From a virus (lineage: Duplodnaviria > Heunggongvirae > Uroviricota > Caudoviricetes): a DNA stretch of 64,000 bases. A program made the translations under genes and the position numbers. A model generated the notes under the pieces. It searched no databases. It was not told where the DNA came from and saw only the letters and a list, made by a program, of their open reading frames with translations. Below are positions 1 through 10,232 of the stretch, in pieces; position 1 is the first letter of the stretch; each line of letters begins with the position of its first letter. The stretch lies in IMG/VR virus record IMGVR_UViG_2740892439_000009; one strand, written 5' to 3'.

Positions 1-186
1 TGTCTGCACCTTTCTGAAGAAAACGGTGTAACTGGTCTGTACGGCGGCGAAAACGCCGGTATCGTTGTGGAAAACATCGGCACTGTTCAGAACAAAGACG
101 CAGTACGTACTCGTGTGAAGTGGTACTGCTCTCTGGCCAATAAGCACGATAAGGCTATCGCTGCACTGACCAATGTAAAAATTTAA
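1..186 (+). CDS. Partial CDS, 3' end of an upstream structural gene (possibly major capsid protein by lambda-like synteny)
   Basis: Frame open from window start to TAA at 184-186; followed by GC hairpin and T-run. Confidence 0.4.
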   Translation, partial: CLHLSEENGVTGLYGGENAGIVVENIGTVQNKDAVRTRVKWYCSLANKHDKAIAALTNVKI

Positions 187-217
187 TCAGTGCAGTAGAT
201 AAGTAATTATCTATGTT

Positions 218-247
218 AAAGGGTGGGCTATACGCCCACCCTTTTTG
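218..247 (+). terminator. Rho-independent terminator
   Basis: Stem GGGTGGGC / GCCCACCC followed by TTTTT. Confidence 0.6.
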
Positions 248-259
248 TAGGAGCGAGAA

Positions 260-1180
260 ATGCCAGAACAAAAGATGAAGATTACGGAAGAGGCATTTTC
301 GGATTTTACGGGGCATATGTGCCGTGCCGGATTTACCAATTCTATCTCCGATGAACCTTTAACCGAGCGACAACAAAGTCAGCTATCTGCTTGTTTGCAG
401 GCGGTTCCCTTCTCCCAATCCGTAAACATAACCCCGGCTTCACCGTCAGTTTTGGTTGGGAAAACTGTTCAACTTAGTGCAGGTATTACTATGGGTAAGA
501 GTGCCAGTTCATTCACCTGGAAGTCAGCCAATGATCAAATTGCAACCGTCAACGGCACTGGATTAGTAACTGGCGTAGCACCAGGCAAAGTGGAAATTAC
601 CGCAACTGATCAGGAAACCCAGCTTTCCGCATCAGTGGAAGTCACCGTAAATCCGGTAGCCGTTCAATCCGTAACGGTAACGCCAGACTCAACCTCTGTT
701 GAGAAAGGGAAATCAGTCAGTCTGAAAGCGAATGTTCAGCCGTCAAATGCGACGAATAAGGCAGTTACCTGGTCTTCCAAAAATGAAGACAAGGCAACGG
801 TAGACCAGAGCGGGAACGTTACTGGTGTAGAAGTTGGCACTGCGACGATTGAGATCGTTTCCCAAGATGGCAGCAAAAAGGCAACTGCAACGGTGGAAGT
901 AACTGCGCCTGTTGTGGCTGTTACCGGCGTCGAAATCGACCCAAATAGCACAACCGTTGAGGCAAACAAAACTGTTCAGCTGACCGCAAATGTCGAGCCG
1001 GCAGGAGCCACAAATAAAACCGTTACTTGGGAATCCAAAAATACCGAGTTTGCAACGGTTGACAGCGAAACCGGTGTTGTAACTGGTGTTGCGGCTGGTA
1101 CTGCCACAATCGAGGTTACTACCCAAGATGGTAGCCACAAAGCGACAGCAACTGTAGAAGTAACTGCCGCACAGGAATAA
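260..1180 (+). CDS. Virion-associated protein with three tandem Ig-like (Big_2-type) repeats, possibly capsid decoration
   Basis: Repeated VTVTP/VTGV..ATNK.VTW.S...ATVD..G.VTGV..G.A.I motifs typical of bacterial Ig-like domain 2. Confidence 0.6.
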   Translation: MPEQKMKITEEAFSDFTGHMCRAGFTNSISDEPLTERQQSQLSACLQAVPFSQSVNITPASPSVLVGKTVQLSAGITMGKSASSFTWKSANDQIATVNGTGLVTGVAPGKVEITATDQETQLSASVEVTVNPVAVQSVTVTPDSTSVEKGKSVSLKANVQPSNATNKAVTWSSKNEDKATVDQSGNVTGVEVGTATIEIVSQDGSKKATATVEVTAPVVAVTGVEIDPNSTTVEANKTVQLTANVEPAGATNKTVTWESKNTEFATVDSETGVVTGVAAGTATIEVTTQDGSHKATATVEVTAAQE

Positions 1181-1224
1181 CCGATATTGGGCGGCTTTCG
1201 CCGCCCAAGTGGAGAGAAAGCGTT

Positions 1225-1659
1225 ATGAAACCAGCAAAAATTGTTTTATTAGAACCGCAATTTTCCGGTTATTCGGGAATGTTGTGCGGCGTTCAGTTCG
1301 AGAACGGGGTGTCCGTAGCGGAGTTGCCTTTTATCGATCAGCAAAGGATTTGTGCCTCAATGCGAGCATCAACAGTCGAGGGCAAAAATGTTTCTCCGTC
1401 TGCCGCATACAGTGATCGTGGCGAGTTGACCGCAGACCTGATTACCGAGCCAGCAGCACCTGACATTGTACCAATGAAACGTGGGACACCAGATGAACCG
1501 GCCAAACAGATCCAGACTTTCACACGAGAAGAGTTGGAGTCAATTGCAGACAATGAAGGCATTGCCGGTCTACGTGTGATTGGTAATCAGGTTGGTGTCA
1601 AAGCGAAAGGAATTGTCGAGATGATTGAAGGCATCCTGAAAGCACAAGGCGGTGAGTAA
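1225..1659 (+). CDS. Hypothetical head-module protein
   Basis: ORF in operon; stop overlaps next start. Confidence 0.45.
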   Translation: MKPAKIVLLEPQFSGYSGMLCGVQFENGVSVAELPFIDQQRICASMRASTVEGKNVSPSAAYSDRGELTADLITEPAAPDIVPMKRGTPDEPAKQIQTFTREELESIADNEGIAGLRVIGNQVGVKAKGIVEMIEGILKAQGGE

Positions 1660-2492
1660 TGGCGCAGATCGACTCGTATCGTAGCGGTGAAGCTGTTTCC
1701 CTTTCATTTGCCTTCAACGTGCTGGATATCGAATCTGCTACCTACACAGTAAAGGACAGCACCGGGGCTATTCTCGTTGATGGCGAGCCGCTAGAAATTA
1801 CCAGCGGTCAAATGTCGATTCCGGTTGTTGTGTCGGCTGAATATAACCAGCTCTCTGAGAAAGAGCGAGATCTGCGGTACGTCATTGTGAAGGCTGTTGC
1901 ATCGGGCCTGACGCATGAAGAGCGTCAAATGTATGTTCTGCTGAATAGTTTTGAACTGTCGATACCAGAACAGTCGTTTGCAACTGTCGCTGATGCTCAA
2001 ATGCAGGCGATCGATATGCTGAATGGGGACACTTTGCTGTCGGATGGTGAAGGCTTAATGCGCAAGCGTCTCATTGAGGCTACCAGACGAATTAAAACTT
2101 TACCGTTCTCAATCCGCAAAATTCTACGTATCGACTTTGACCGATACGATCGCCCTCAAAATATGCTGAATGTGTATGACATTCCGTGGGGAGCAGATGG
2201 AGCGTACCGGCATGATTTAGTCGATTGGGAAAAGATGACGCAGGAGAAGTTTGAAGAGTTCCCTGACTACTTCAAAGAAGCGTTGATGCTTGCCGTTGTC
2301 AACGAAGCGTGTGAGATCGCAAATGGCAATGATGTAGCCGCAGCACGAGAGGATGGCATTTTGTCAGAGTCCATCGGTGAAACAACCAACATGTACCGTA
2401 CCGGTAAAGCTGCAAACGTGCATGTGGCTCGTAGTACCTGGCGCTTGCTGGTCAGTTACATCAACAACCGTATGATTGTTCGCCGTGCGTAA
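1659..2492 (+). CDS. Hypothetical head-module protein
   Basis: 277-aa ORF, start overlaps previous stop. Confidence 0.45.
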   Translation: MAQIDSYRSGEAVSLSFAFNVLDIESATYTVKDSTGAILVDGEPLEITSGQMSIPVVVSAEYNQLSEKERDLRYVIVKAVASGLTHEERQMYVLLNSFELSIPEQSFATVADAQMQAIDMLNGDTLLSDGEGLMRKRLIEATRRIKTLPFSIRKILRIDFDRYDRPQNMLNVYDIPWGADGAYRHDLVDWEKMTQEKFEEFPDYFKEALMLAVVNEACEIANGNDVAAAREDGILSESIGETTNMYRTGKAANVHVARSTWRLLVSYINNRMIVRRA

Positions 2493-2571
2493 CGCCAGTC
2501 GCATTATTTACTTTTGGTCTAAAGGGTTTTTGGCCAGTAATGAGAGCGACCGACAACAACAGGGAGAGAGC

Positions 2572-2916
2572 ATGAATATTTCATGGCAAACAGAAATTGC
2601 GATCTACCGCTTTGGCGCAAAGAACGTTTACGGTGAGGCGCAATTACAATTCGTCAGGAAGACGAATGTCGGCGTGGTTAAGTTCGAACAGAGTAATGAG
2701 AAATCGTCAGTTCGTGCTGATAGCTCTGGTAGTCGTGGTAAGGCGAGTCTGGAGCTGTTTGATGCTGTGTTAGTTGTCCCTTTAGAAGCGGCTGTACAAC
2801 TTGATGATGTACTGATCCTTGAAGGTCAAAAATTAAAGGTGTCCAGTGTTCATCGCCGCTGGGGGCTACGAGGAAGACCTGGGCATCTTGAAGTAGGGGC
2901 GAATATATGGGTCTGA
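2572..2916 (+). CDS. Putative head-tail joining protein (FII-like by position)
   Basis: ATG at 2572 preceded by AGGGAGAGAG; ORF track frame 2476..2916; synteny only. Confidence 0.4.
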   Translation: MNISWQTEIAIYRFGAKNVYGEAQLQFVRKTNVGVVKFEQSNEKSSVRADSSGSRGKASLELFDAVLVVPLEAAVQLDDVLILEGQKLKVSSVHRRWGLRGRPGHLEVGANIWV

Positions 2917-3380
2917 AATACGATGCGCATCAGTTCAAACGTGCGGGGAATAGACTCAACAACAGCCAGAAAGCATTTAAGCGATATCTTATTCGGGACA
3001 TGGAAAAGCTGGCGCGTTTGGTTGAGCGCCTCAGCCGTGCAATGGCCCCGCTGGAAACCGGATCTCTGGAGACAGCCATCTTTGCCAGGGTGATTAAAGA
3101 AGGTTATTCAGGGCTGCGCATTGAGCTTTCTGTGTCTGGAGCAAAACCACGTCAGGGGCATCCGGGCGTAGAAGTCGGTGACTATGCTAAGTACATGGAG
3201 CTGGGTAAATACCGACTCGGTTATCTTTCTCGAATGAAGAACGTGACAAACCCACCAATTGCCGGTGTTAAACCTCGTGTTGGGCCACACTTTCTGGAAA
3301 GAGCGGTGGAAATTAGCGAGAAGCAGTTCTCAGAAGCGATTCTTGAGGCTGCCAGAAAAGCCGGTTTTACGAGAGGTTAA
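2907..3380 (+). CDS. Putative tail completion protein (Z-like by position)
   Basis: 157-aa ORF overlapping neighbours; synteny only. Confidence 0.4.
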   Translation: MGLKYDAHQFKRAGNRLNNSQKAFKRYLIRDMEKLARLVERLSRAMAPLETGSLETAIFARVIKEGYSGLRIELSVSGAKPRQGHPGVEVGDYAKYMELGKYRLGYLSRMKNVTNPPIAGVKPRVGPHFLERAVEISEKQFSEAILEAARKAGFTRG

Positions 3381-3381
3381 T

Positions 3382-3765
3382 GTGTTTATTGAAGCGTTTG
3401 CAAGTTTGATGCAGAAGGCAAAGATTGGCACGGTCGGGACTGACATTTTCTGTCACTACTTGCCTGCCAATGTGAAATCTGGCGTCCTGCTTATTAACCC
3501 AAATACCGGCATCAGCATCGATCATGAGCTACAGGGCTTTTATCACGAATCATTCACAATCATTGTGCGTGGTTCGTCAATTACTACGACGGTTGAGAAA
3601 GCCAATAAAATCATTGAGATGTTTCCAGTAGAGGAAACGGAATCTGGTGGTGTGTATTTTCGACTTGTACGACCGATGGCGATGCCAATCATTTATCCCA
3701 AAAATGATGGGGCATTAATAGAAGCAGGCATTCCTGTTGAATTTGCTGGCTATTTATTGAATTAA
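3382..3765 (+). CDS. Putative tail terminator (U-like by position)
   Basis: GTG at 3382 after GAGAGG; same frame as ORF 3259..3765; size about 127 aa. Confidence 0.4.
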   Translation: MFIEAFASLMQKAKIGTVGTDIFCHYLPANVKSGVLLINPNTGISIDHELQGFYHESFTIIVRGSSITTTVEKANKIIEMFPVEETESGGVYFRLVRPMAMPIIYPKNDGALIEAGIPVEFAGYLLN

Positions 3766-3839
3766 CTCAATTGGTAAGTATATACTTACTATTAGCGCAA
3801 TGAATGCGTAGAATTAACGGAAAAAGGAGTTTTCCATCA

Positions 3840-4586
3840 ATGTCTAATACCCATGTAAAAAACATCAAACTTGGTGCCTGTAAGGTGTCGTTTGGTGGTG
3901 TGGATTTGGGTTACACCAAAGGTGGTGTTCAGGTTGAAATCGCAACCGAAACGCTGAAAGTGACCGTAGACCAGCTGGGCCAGACCACGATCTCCGAGCT
4001 GATCCAGGGCCGCAACATCACCATTACTGCGCCGCTGGCTGAATCCGTGTTGAAAAACATGGTCGATCTGATGCCAGGTTCCACGCTGAGTTCTGGCGAA
4101 GATACCGTAACCATCACGTCTGCGCAGGGAGTGAACCTGATCGACGTTGCGAAAGAGTTGGTGCTGACCCCGCAGGATGCGACGGATTATGTTCTGACCA
4201 TCCCTAAAGCAGCAACCGCGGGTAACTTCACCATGACCTACCAGTCTGACGACGTTCGCGTGTTCTCAGTTGAGTTTTCCGCTTACCCGGACGACGCTGG
4301 CGTGTTGGGGAAAATGAGCCTCCCAAAGCCGGTTGAGAGCGTCACGCTGACCCCGTCTTCACCGACCGTAAAAGTGGGCACTAAAGTTCAATTGAGCGCA
4401 ACCTTCACCCCGGCCGATGCAACCAATAAGACTGGCGTGTGGAGCTCTGATGCGACTGATAAAGCGACCGTAGATCAGAACGGACTGGTAACTGGTAAAG
4501 CTGTCGGTTCAGCCAATATCACCTTCACAACTAATGACGGTGCCAAGAAGGCGACCAAAGCCGTCTCTGTAACTGCCGCAAGCTAA
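3840..4586 (+). CDS. Major tail protein (lambda V-like) with C-terminal Ig-like domain
   Basis: ATG 3840 after AAAGGAG; C-terminal Big_2-like motif (VTLTPSSPTVKVGTKVQLSATFTPADATNKTGVWSS); position before chaperone and tape measure. Confidence 0.6.
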   Translation: MSNTHVKNIKLGACKVSFGGVDLGYTKGGVQVEIATETLKVTVDQLGQTTISELIQGRNITITAPLAESVLKNMVDLMPGSTLSSGEDTVTITSAQGVNLIDVAKELVLTPQDATDYVLTIPKAATAGNFTMTYQSDDVRVFSVEFSAYPDDAGVLGKMSLPKPVESVTLTPSSPTVKVGTKVQLSATFTPADATNKTGVWSSDATDKATVDQNGLVTGKAVGSANITFTTNDGAKKATKAVSVTAAS

Positions 4587-4647
4587 ATTGTGATAACCCA
4601 AGAGGCCCATGGATGGGCCTCTGTATGAGTTTAAAAGGATTTAAACC

Positions 4648-4965
4648 ATGACCAAATTACTCGATCTCGACTCCATTCTGCCGCCGAAAAAAAGCATCAA
4701 ATTTGGTGGCAAAGAATATCCCATCGTTGAAATGACCGTCGGCCTCTTTGTTTCCATCAAGCAGATGGAAGGCAAAGATCTCATGAACATGTCTCCTGTT
4801 GAGCAAGTGACAGCTTATGCAGATCTGGTTCGTAAGGTTATCCCTTCAGTACCTGACGAAGTTCTTGAAAAACTGACTGTTCCGCAACTCCAGCAGATCT
4901 TCACCTTCGCTATGGAAGTGATTGATGAAGAAAACGAAAAAGCGGCTGGCGAAGGGGCAAAGTAA
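4648..4965 (+). CDS. Tail assembly chaperone (G-like)
   Basis: 105-aa acidic ORF between major tail and tape measure genes. Confidence 0.5.
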   Translation: MTKLLDLDSILPPKKSIKFGGKEYPIVEMTVGLFVSIKQMEGKDLMNMSPVEQVTAYADLVRKVIPSVPDEVLEKLTVPQLQQIFTFAMEVIDEENEKAAGEGAK

Positions 4966-5315
4966 TTTCCCGCGATGAATCCGGGACAAGGACCGTCTCA
5001 ATAGATCTCGGATTCTATTTCAGTCGTGTAGTTGCTCACTACGCCGTGTCGCCATTAGAGCTACTGAACGTTCCTCTCACGATGTTCTGGATGCTCAGTC
5101 GCAATATAGACCGTCTGCGTGCGGAAGAGGATGTCCGCAACTTACAAGTCGCTCGTGCGTCCCAGGCGGATGGCGAGGCTGTGAAGGCGTTCATGGAGGG
5201 TTTGCAACTCAGGATTGGAAGACCAGTCGTAACAGATAAAGTCTACGATCCAAGCCAGGATAAGGCAGACCCTGACGCCAAAGAGCAACTGATGCAAATA
5301 TTTGGCAGAGGATGA
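4929..5315 (+). CDS. Possible T-region reached by -1 frameshift from the G-like chaperone
   Basis: -1 frame opens at 4929 inside the 3' end of the G-like ORF and runs to 5315; no canonical slippery heptamer seen. Confidence 0.25.
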   Translation, partial: RKRKSGWRRGKVISRDESGTRTVSIDLGFYFSRVVAHYAVSPLELLNVPLTMFWMLSRNIDRLRAEEDVRNLQVARASQADGEAVKAFMEGLQLRIGRPVVTDKVYDPSQDKADPDAKEQLMQIFGRG

Positions 5316-5622
5316 CAAGGGAATGTCACAAAACGTAGAGTTTATCCTGTCGCTGGAAGACAAACAGTTTACAGCGTCAATCGATCGTGCGGGGAAACTG
5401 CTTACTCGATTTGGTGAGCAGGTAACAAAGCCTGCTCAAAAAATCCAAACCTTTGAACGCTCTTTGGGTTCGGTCGCCCGTATCATTGGCGTTCTGGAAA
5501 GCAAGCTCGATTCTACGGCAGATAAACTACAGGATGTAGCTGCCGGTTTTGAGCTTGCTTCAGATGCTACGCGTAAAATGCGTGGCAACATCACCAGCCT
5601 CAATTCTGGTCTTAAAGCCTGA
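5302..5622 (+). CDS. Tape measure protein, N-terminal segment
   Basis: Coiled-coil-like ORF; the next frame opens at 5616 and continues the same sequence character. Confidence 0.45.
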   Translation: MAEDDKGMSQNVEFILSLEDKQFTASIDRAGKLLTRFGEQVTKPAQKIQTFERSLGSVARIIGVLESKLDSTADKLQDVAAGFELASDATRKMRGNITSLNSGLKA

Positions 5623-5681
5623 TTGAGCGCGTCGATACGACAACTTCTTCAGTAGATAAACTCACCGCGTCATTACGTAAA

Positions 5682-7415
5682 GTGCAATCAGAGCTAAATG
5701 ATTTCTCTGATTGGGCGACCTATGCAAGCAAAAGCGCAAGCCGCTTTGGTACGGAGGTCAAAGAAGCCTCTGCGTCCGTGAGTGGCATGAATACGCGCCT
5801 TAATACCACGACGAAGCGACTCAGTAATTGGGGTGTCACAACGAGTCAGGCTGCCGAGGGACTGAAAAAGGTTCGTGAGCAGATGGACGAAGTTATCGGA
5901 CGTCAGCAACTGATTAGCAAGCCGGTACGCGTTCGTACATCTGGAAGTGGCGATGGTGGTAGCGGGCGGCGTAGCGGCGCTTCTGGCCATAGCGGTAAAA
6001 GTAACGAAGGAGGTATGTTCTCTGGCCTTCGTGGCAACATTTTCCTGCTTGGCGAGATCGGAGATGCAGCCAGAACGGTTACTGACATCATGTTTGGGTG
6101 GCAGAAGCCTATTGTTGAAGCTGCGGCCGAAATGGAACGTATGCGGGTGATGCTTCGAGGGTTGAATAAGGAGAAGTCCAACCCGGGCCAGGCTGCCGCT
6201 GATGATATGAAGTACATCGTAGACATGGCTCAAAATGCGCCGTTCGCGATGCAGGCGTTAACAGACTCCTTCGTGAAGTTTCGTTCTGCTGGCTTAGATC
6301 CAACCGATGGTTCTCTGAAGGCGCTGGTGGACTCCGTTGCTCGTTTTGGTGGTGATAGTGAGCTGTTGAAACGTGCGGCTGTGGCCGTTCAGCAGATGTC
6401 CGGTAAGGGCGTTGTGTCAATGGAAGAGCTACGTCAGCAATTAGGTGAAGCCGTTCCTAACGCGATGCAGGCAATGGCAGACGCCGCAGGCATCACTATG
6501 GGGGAACTGACTAAAGCCGTTGCCAGCGGTACGGTTGAGGCAAAACAGGCGTTGTCTCTGATGTTTGTTGGTCTGCGTGCGGAGAATGAGAACGCAGCGA
6601 AAGACATGATGCAAACCTACACAGGTGCGCTGGCGCAACTTCAGACGTCATTCACGTTATTTGCTGATCGGGTTGGTCAGGCCGGATATCTGGATTCTCT
6701 ATCGAAGGGGATGAAAGAACTGGCTTCAATCATGAATAGCGCCGAAGGGATTTCGTTTGCCAATTCTTTAGGTTCGGGGTTAACAACGGCAATCGATGGG
6801 TTGCGTCAGCTTGCTCAATGGTTAGCAAAGAACCAAGAGCTGGTAATTAATCTCGGTAAGGTCGTGGCCGCGATGGTTGCGTTCAAACTGATGCGAGCAG
6901 GGATCATGGGGGTAGTTGGCGCTGGGAGCCAGATGGTTAGCACCTTTGCCACGATGGCGACCGCCATACAGACTCCATTTAACCTCGGCGCTACAGCAGT
7001 AACTCGATTCAATCGTGCGGCACGTATGGGGCTGGCTCCGATCCCCTCTCTTATTTTCGCCATCCGTGGGGCGATTACGGGGCTTAAAGGCGCTTTTGCT
7101 GGATTAACGGCGTTCATTGCAGCAAACCCTATAGGGGCAGCATTTACAGTTGCCACTGTAGCTGTTGCTGGCCTAATCACGTACATGACCATGCTCCGCA
7201 GCGAAACTTCAAAGGTCGTTGACGAGATTAGGAAAATACCAGAAGCGATGACAGCGGCCAAACGTGCACAAATGGCCGACCGCGCAGAAAAGCTCGAAAA
7301 GCAGATTCTTGCTGATCAACGAGCATTAAAAACTGGTGAGGGTGTTAATTACGTATCTAACTCTGCCGGTGTTATTACTCACAAAGAGTCGAAGCTGACA
7401 TCGAAGCACGCCTGA
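5682..7415 (+). CDS. Tape measure protein, middle segment
   Basis: Gly/Ser-rich stretch, long hydrophobic segments, position upstream of M/L/K/I/J. Confidence 0.65.
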   Translation: MQSELNDFSDWATYASKSASRFGTEVKEASASVSGMNTRLNTTTKRLSNWGVTTSQAAEGLKKVREQMDEVIGRQQLISKPVRVRTSGSGDGGSGRRSGASGHSGKSNEGGMFSGLRGNIFLLGEIGDAARTVTDIMFGWQKPIVEAAAEMERMRVMLRGLNKEKSNPGQAAADDMKYIVDMAQNAPFAMQALTDSFVKFRSAGLDPTDGSLKALVDSVARFGGDSELLKRAAVAVQQMSGKGVVSMEELRQQLGEAVPNAMQAMADAAGITMGELTKAVASGTVEAKQALSLMFVGLRAENENAAKDMMQTYTGALAQLQTSFTLFADRVGQAGYLDSLSKGMKELASIMNSAEGISFANSLGSGLTTAIDGLRQLAQWLAKNQELVINLGKVVAAMVAFKLMRAGIMGVVGAGSQMVSTFATMATAIQTPFNLGATAVTRFNRAARMGLAPIPSLIFAIRGAITGLKGAFAGLTAFIAANPIGAAFTVATVAVAGLITYMTMLRSETSKVVDEIRKIPEAMTAAKRAQMADRAEKLEKQILADQRALKTGEGVNYVSNSAGVITHKESKLTSKHA

Positions 7416-7486
7416 AAAAAAATCAGGAAGAGTATCAAAAGATAACCGGCACGATAGCTCTTGGTGACGGCGCTGTAGCAAAGCGT

Positions 7487-9844
7487 TTGGCTAAAGAGGC
7501 TGCCGAATCTCAGATTGAGAAAATTCGAGCGGAAAACCAGATTTTCGCGGCAACATTCGTGAAAGCCCGGCAGGAGGCTCTGGATAAGATCCAGAAAATC
7601 AATGATGACGGTTCACTTTCAGATGATGAAAAGAACAAGCTATTGGCACCGTTACGTGAAACGGTAAACAAAAGCTATCTTGAGCCTGCGCAAAAACTGG
7701 TTGATTCACTTTCTTCTCGTAAGAATGCGACCGAGAAGCAAATCGCGACTCTTAATGATCAGCTTGAAAAAGCCAAAAAGGATGGAAATACCGAGCAGAT
7801 CCAGAAACTGCAAGGCAGTATTCGTGGTTATCAGGAGCATTTGGAAGCCGTTGCTCAGGAGCTGACTCAGGCAGAGTTCGAGAGAGATAACGCGGCCAAA
7901 ACTGGTAAGGGCGTAATGTCAAACCAGGGGACTGTTCTTGGGTTAGGTACAACTGATAAAGCTGCTCAGAAGGCGCTGGCGCAATATATGCGAAACCAGA
8001 TGGATTCTGCGACTTATCAACGTACTTTGCCTGACGGCACTCCGATGATGGACTTCGAAGGTAAGCCGATTATTGGGCCTAAACAACTCAAGACGCAGCT
8101 TAATTTGCAGAAAGCATCCAGTGCCAGCTCTCTGGAGAAAATGAGCGATGAAGAGCGTGCCGCAGCCATTGCTGCACTGACTAAAGCTCGTGAACAGGAT
8201 GCAGCAGCCGCCGAGAAAGCAGCCCAACGATCAGCTAACGCCTCGCAGCGTGCGGCCAAGAAGGAACAGGCAGCGCAACAGAAATTGGCAGCCGGATACC
8301 AGAAGGCTCTGGACAAAGCCGATCAGCTTATGGGGCAAATGGGTGAAAGTTCAAAGGCCACCGTGTCGTTTGATCAGTCGCTGCGTGATGTCACTAAGTC
8401 ACTAACCGATCTTGCAAACGCCACGCCTAACGAGTTTATCTCGCAGGAGATGGTTGACCAGGCTAAAAAACGTCTCGCGGATTTGAGGAACGCTACCCCC
8501 GAATACAGTGAAATGTTTAATCGCCGCAACGTCGAGCAAATGATCAGCGCTTGGGCGCCGGAATCGGATTCGATTATCAGCGCAGGCTTGATGCAAAGCC
8601 ATGAGGAGAAGGCTGCAGAGTTTTCGGATACCTACAACCGCAATCTTAAGGCGCTGATCGAGCTGCGTGATAAGGCGACTGACCCGAAAATCATCTCGCT
8701 TTACAACAAGCAGCTTAATCAGCTGGTGGCCGCTGGCAATAATGCGCTGATTAAGCAAACAGGTACAGCGACCCAGCAGTTGGCTCTGGAGTATGAGAAC
8801 CTGGCTGAGCAGATTGAGGGCACCTGGACAGATCTGTTTAGCGGCTTAACTGACACGCTTACTGACTTTGTTGTTAACGGAAAGATGAGCTTCTCCAGTC
8901 TGGCCACATCGATCCTTAAAGACATCACCAACATGGTCGTGAAGACCCAGATCACTCTGCCTCTCATGAATATGTTGGGAATGGGAACGACAAACGCCGG
9001 CAATGCACAAAGTGGAAATCTCATGAATAGCGTAGCGTCTGCGATCGCTAATCAAGGGGTTCAGCTAGGTAATTCTGGTGGGTCGGTGGCCAATGGGGAT
9101 AAATCTGTCGGCGAGGCCACTAAGGAGACAGCCTCCGGCGTGAATTCGATGGGGCAAGCGTCTCAGAATGCGGCCAGTGGTTTAAGTCAGGCGGTGAATG
9201 GCGTCTGGGACTGGACTAAGTCATTGTTCACCGGTACTGACGCTACGAAAGATCAAACCAAAGCGGTTAACAGCAGCATCCTCAGTATGGGGAATCTGTC
9301 TACCGCGGCTGGGGCGCTGGCAGCTACATTCGCCATGGTAGGTGCTTCGTCGTCGAGTTCGTCCAGCCGTTGGCTGAATTTCGGTCTGTCACTGGCCAGT
9401 ACCGCAGTGTCCGCCTGGGCTGGGTCTTCGACGCCATCAGGCTCAAAGCCAAATGTGAAGAAGCACGCCAATGGCGGCATCTTTGGCAGGGAAGGGGTTG
9501 TGCCTCTGAGAGCTTATCAGAAAGGCGGAATTGCCACCTCACCACAGTTGGCGATGTTTGGCGAGGGCTCAATGAACGAGGCTTACGTTCCGTTGCCAGA
9601 TGGTCGAACCATTCCAGTCACACTTTCTGCAGAGTCGGCTGGAAAGAGCACGGGTAACGCGGTGTCCCCTGTCTCGATTCAGATCAATGTAACCAAGGAT
9701 GGCCGAACCAGCGAGAGCAGCAGTGGAAGCGAGAGCAGTCTCTGGAACGGCGCAGCACGGCAAATCAAGTCGATTGTGCTTGAGACGATTGCCGAAGAGA
9801 AACGTTCTGGTGGTTCACTTAATCCGCATACCACCAGAGGGTAG
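7487..9844 (+). CDS. Tape measure protein, C-terminal segment
   Basis: Frame open from 7361; long coiled-coil-like region; frame changes next to an A8 run at 7415-7422. Confidence 0.65.
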   Translation: MAKEAAESQIEKIRAENQIFAATFVKARQEALDKIQKINDDGSLSDDEKNKLLAPLRETVNKSYLEPAQKLVDSLSSRKNATEKQIATLNDQLEKAKKDGNTEQIQKLQGSIRGYQEHLEAVAQELTQAEFERDNAAKTGKGVMSNQGTVLGLGTTDKAAQKALAQYMRNQMDSATYQRTLPDGTPMMDFEGKPIIGPKQLKTQLNLQKASSASSLEKMSDEERAAAIAALTKAREQDAAAAEKAAQRSANASQRAAKKEQAAQQKLAAGYQKALDKADQLMGQMGESSKATVSFDQSLRDVTKSLTDLANATPNEFISQEMVDQAKKRLADLRNATPEYSEMFNRRNVEQMISAWAPESDSIISAGLMQSHEEKAAEFSDTYNRNLKALIELRDKATDPKIISLYNKQLNQLVAAGNNALIKQTGTATQQLALEYENLAEQIEGTWTDLFSGLTDTLTDFVVNGKMSFSSLATSILKDITNMVVKTQITLPLMNMLGMGTTNAGNAQSGNLMNSVASAIANQGVQLGNSGGSVANGDKSVGEATKETASGVNSMGQASQNAASGLSQAVNGVWDWTKSLFTGTDATKDQTKAVNSSILSMGNLSTAAGALAATFAMVGASSSSSSSRWLNFGLSLASTAVSAWAGSSTPSGSKPNVKKHANGGIFGREGVVPLRAYQKGGIATSPQLAMFGEGSMNEAYVPLPDGRTIPVTLSAESAGKSTGNAVSPVSIQINVTKDGRTSESSSGSESSLWNGAARQIKSIVLETIAEEKRSGGSLNPHTTRG

Positions 9845-9887
9845 TAAAGCAGGCCGCCTTAACGGGCGGCCATCACAAGGAAGTGAT

Positions 9888-10223
9888 ATGTCGAGGAAAG
9901 TATTTAATTGGTATCCAGATTATGAGTCTGAGAAAACCGTAAAGCCTAACGTGATCGTGCTGAACTACGGCGACGATTACGAGCAGCGCCAGTCGCAGGG
10001 GCTCAATCGGATTAAAGAAGAGTGGTCTCTCACGTTCACCCGTAGCCATGACGTGGTAAACGACGTTGATGACTTTTTGACTGCCCGCGCTGGGGTGGAG
10101 TCATTCATTTGGACTAACCCAAGAGGCAAAGCAATTATCGTGGTTTGTGACAGCCATACGGTAAAGCGTTACCCCGGTTATCAAGTGCTTACGGCAACAT
10201 TTAGACAGGTTTTTGAGTCTTAA
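9888..10223 (+). CDS. Minor tail protein M
   Basis: GDDYEQR, ESFIWTNP, VVCD and ATFRQV motifs parallel lambda gpM; ATG 9888 after AAGGA. Confidence 0.75.
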   Translation: MSRKVFNWYPDYESEKTVKPNVIVLNYGDDYEQRQSQGLNRIKEEWSLTFTRSHDVVNDVDDFLTARAGVESFIWTNPRGKAIIVVCDSHTVKRYPGYQVLTATFRQVFES

Positions 10224-10232
10224 CTTGCGACT

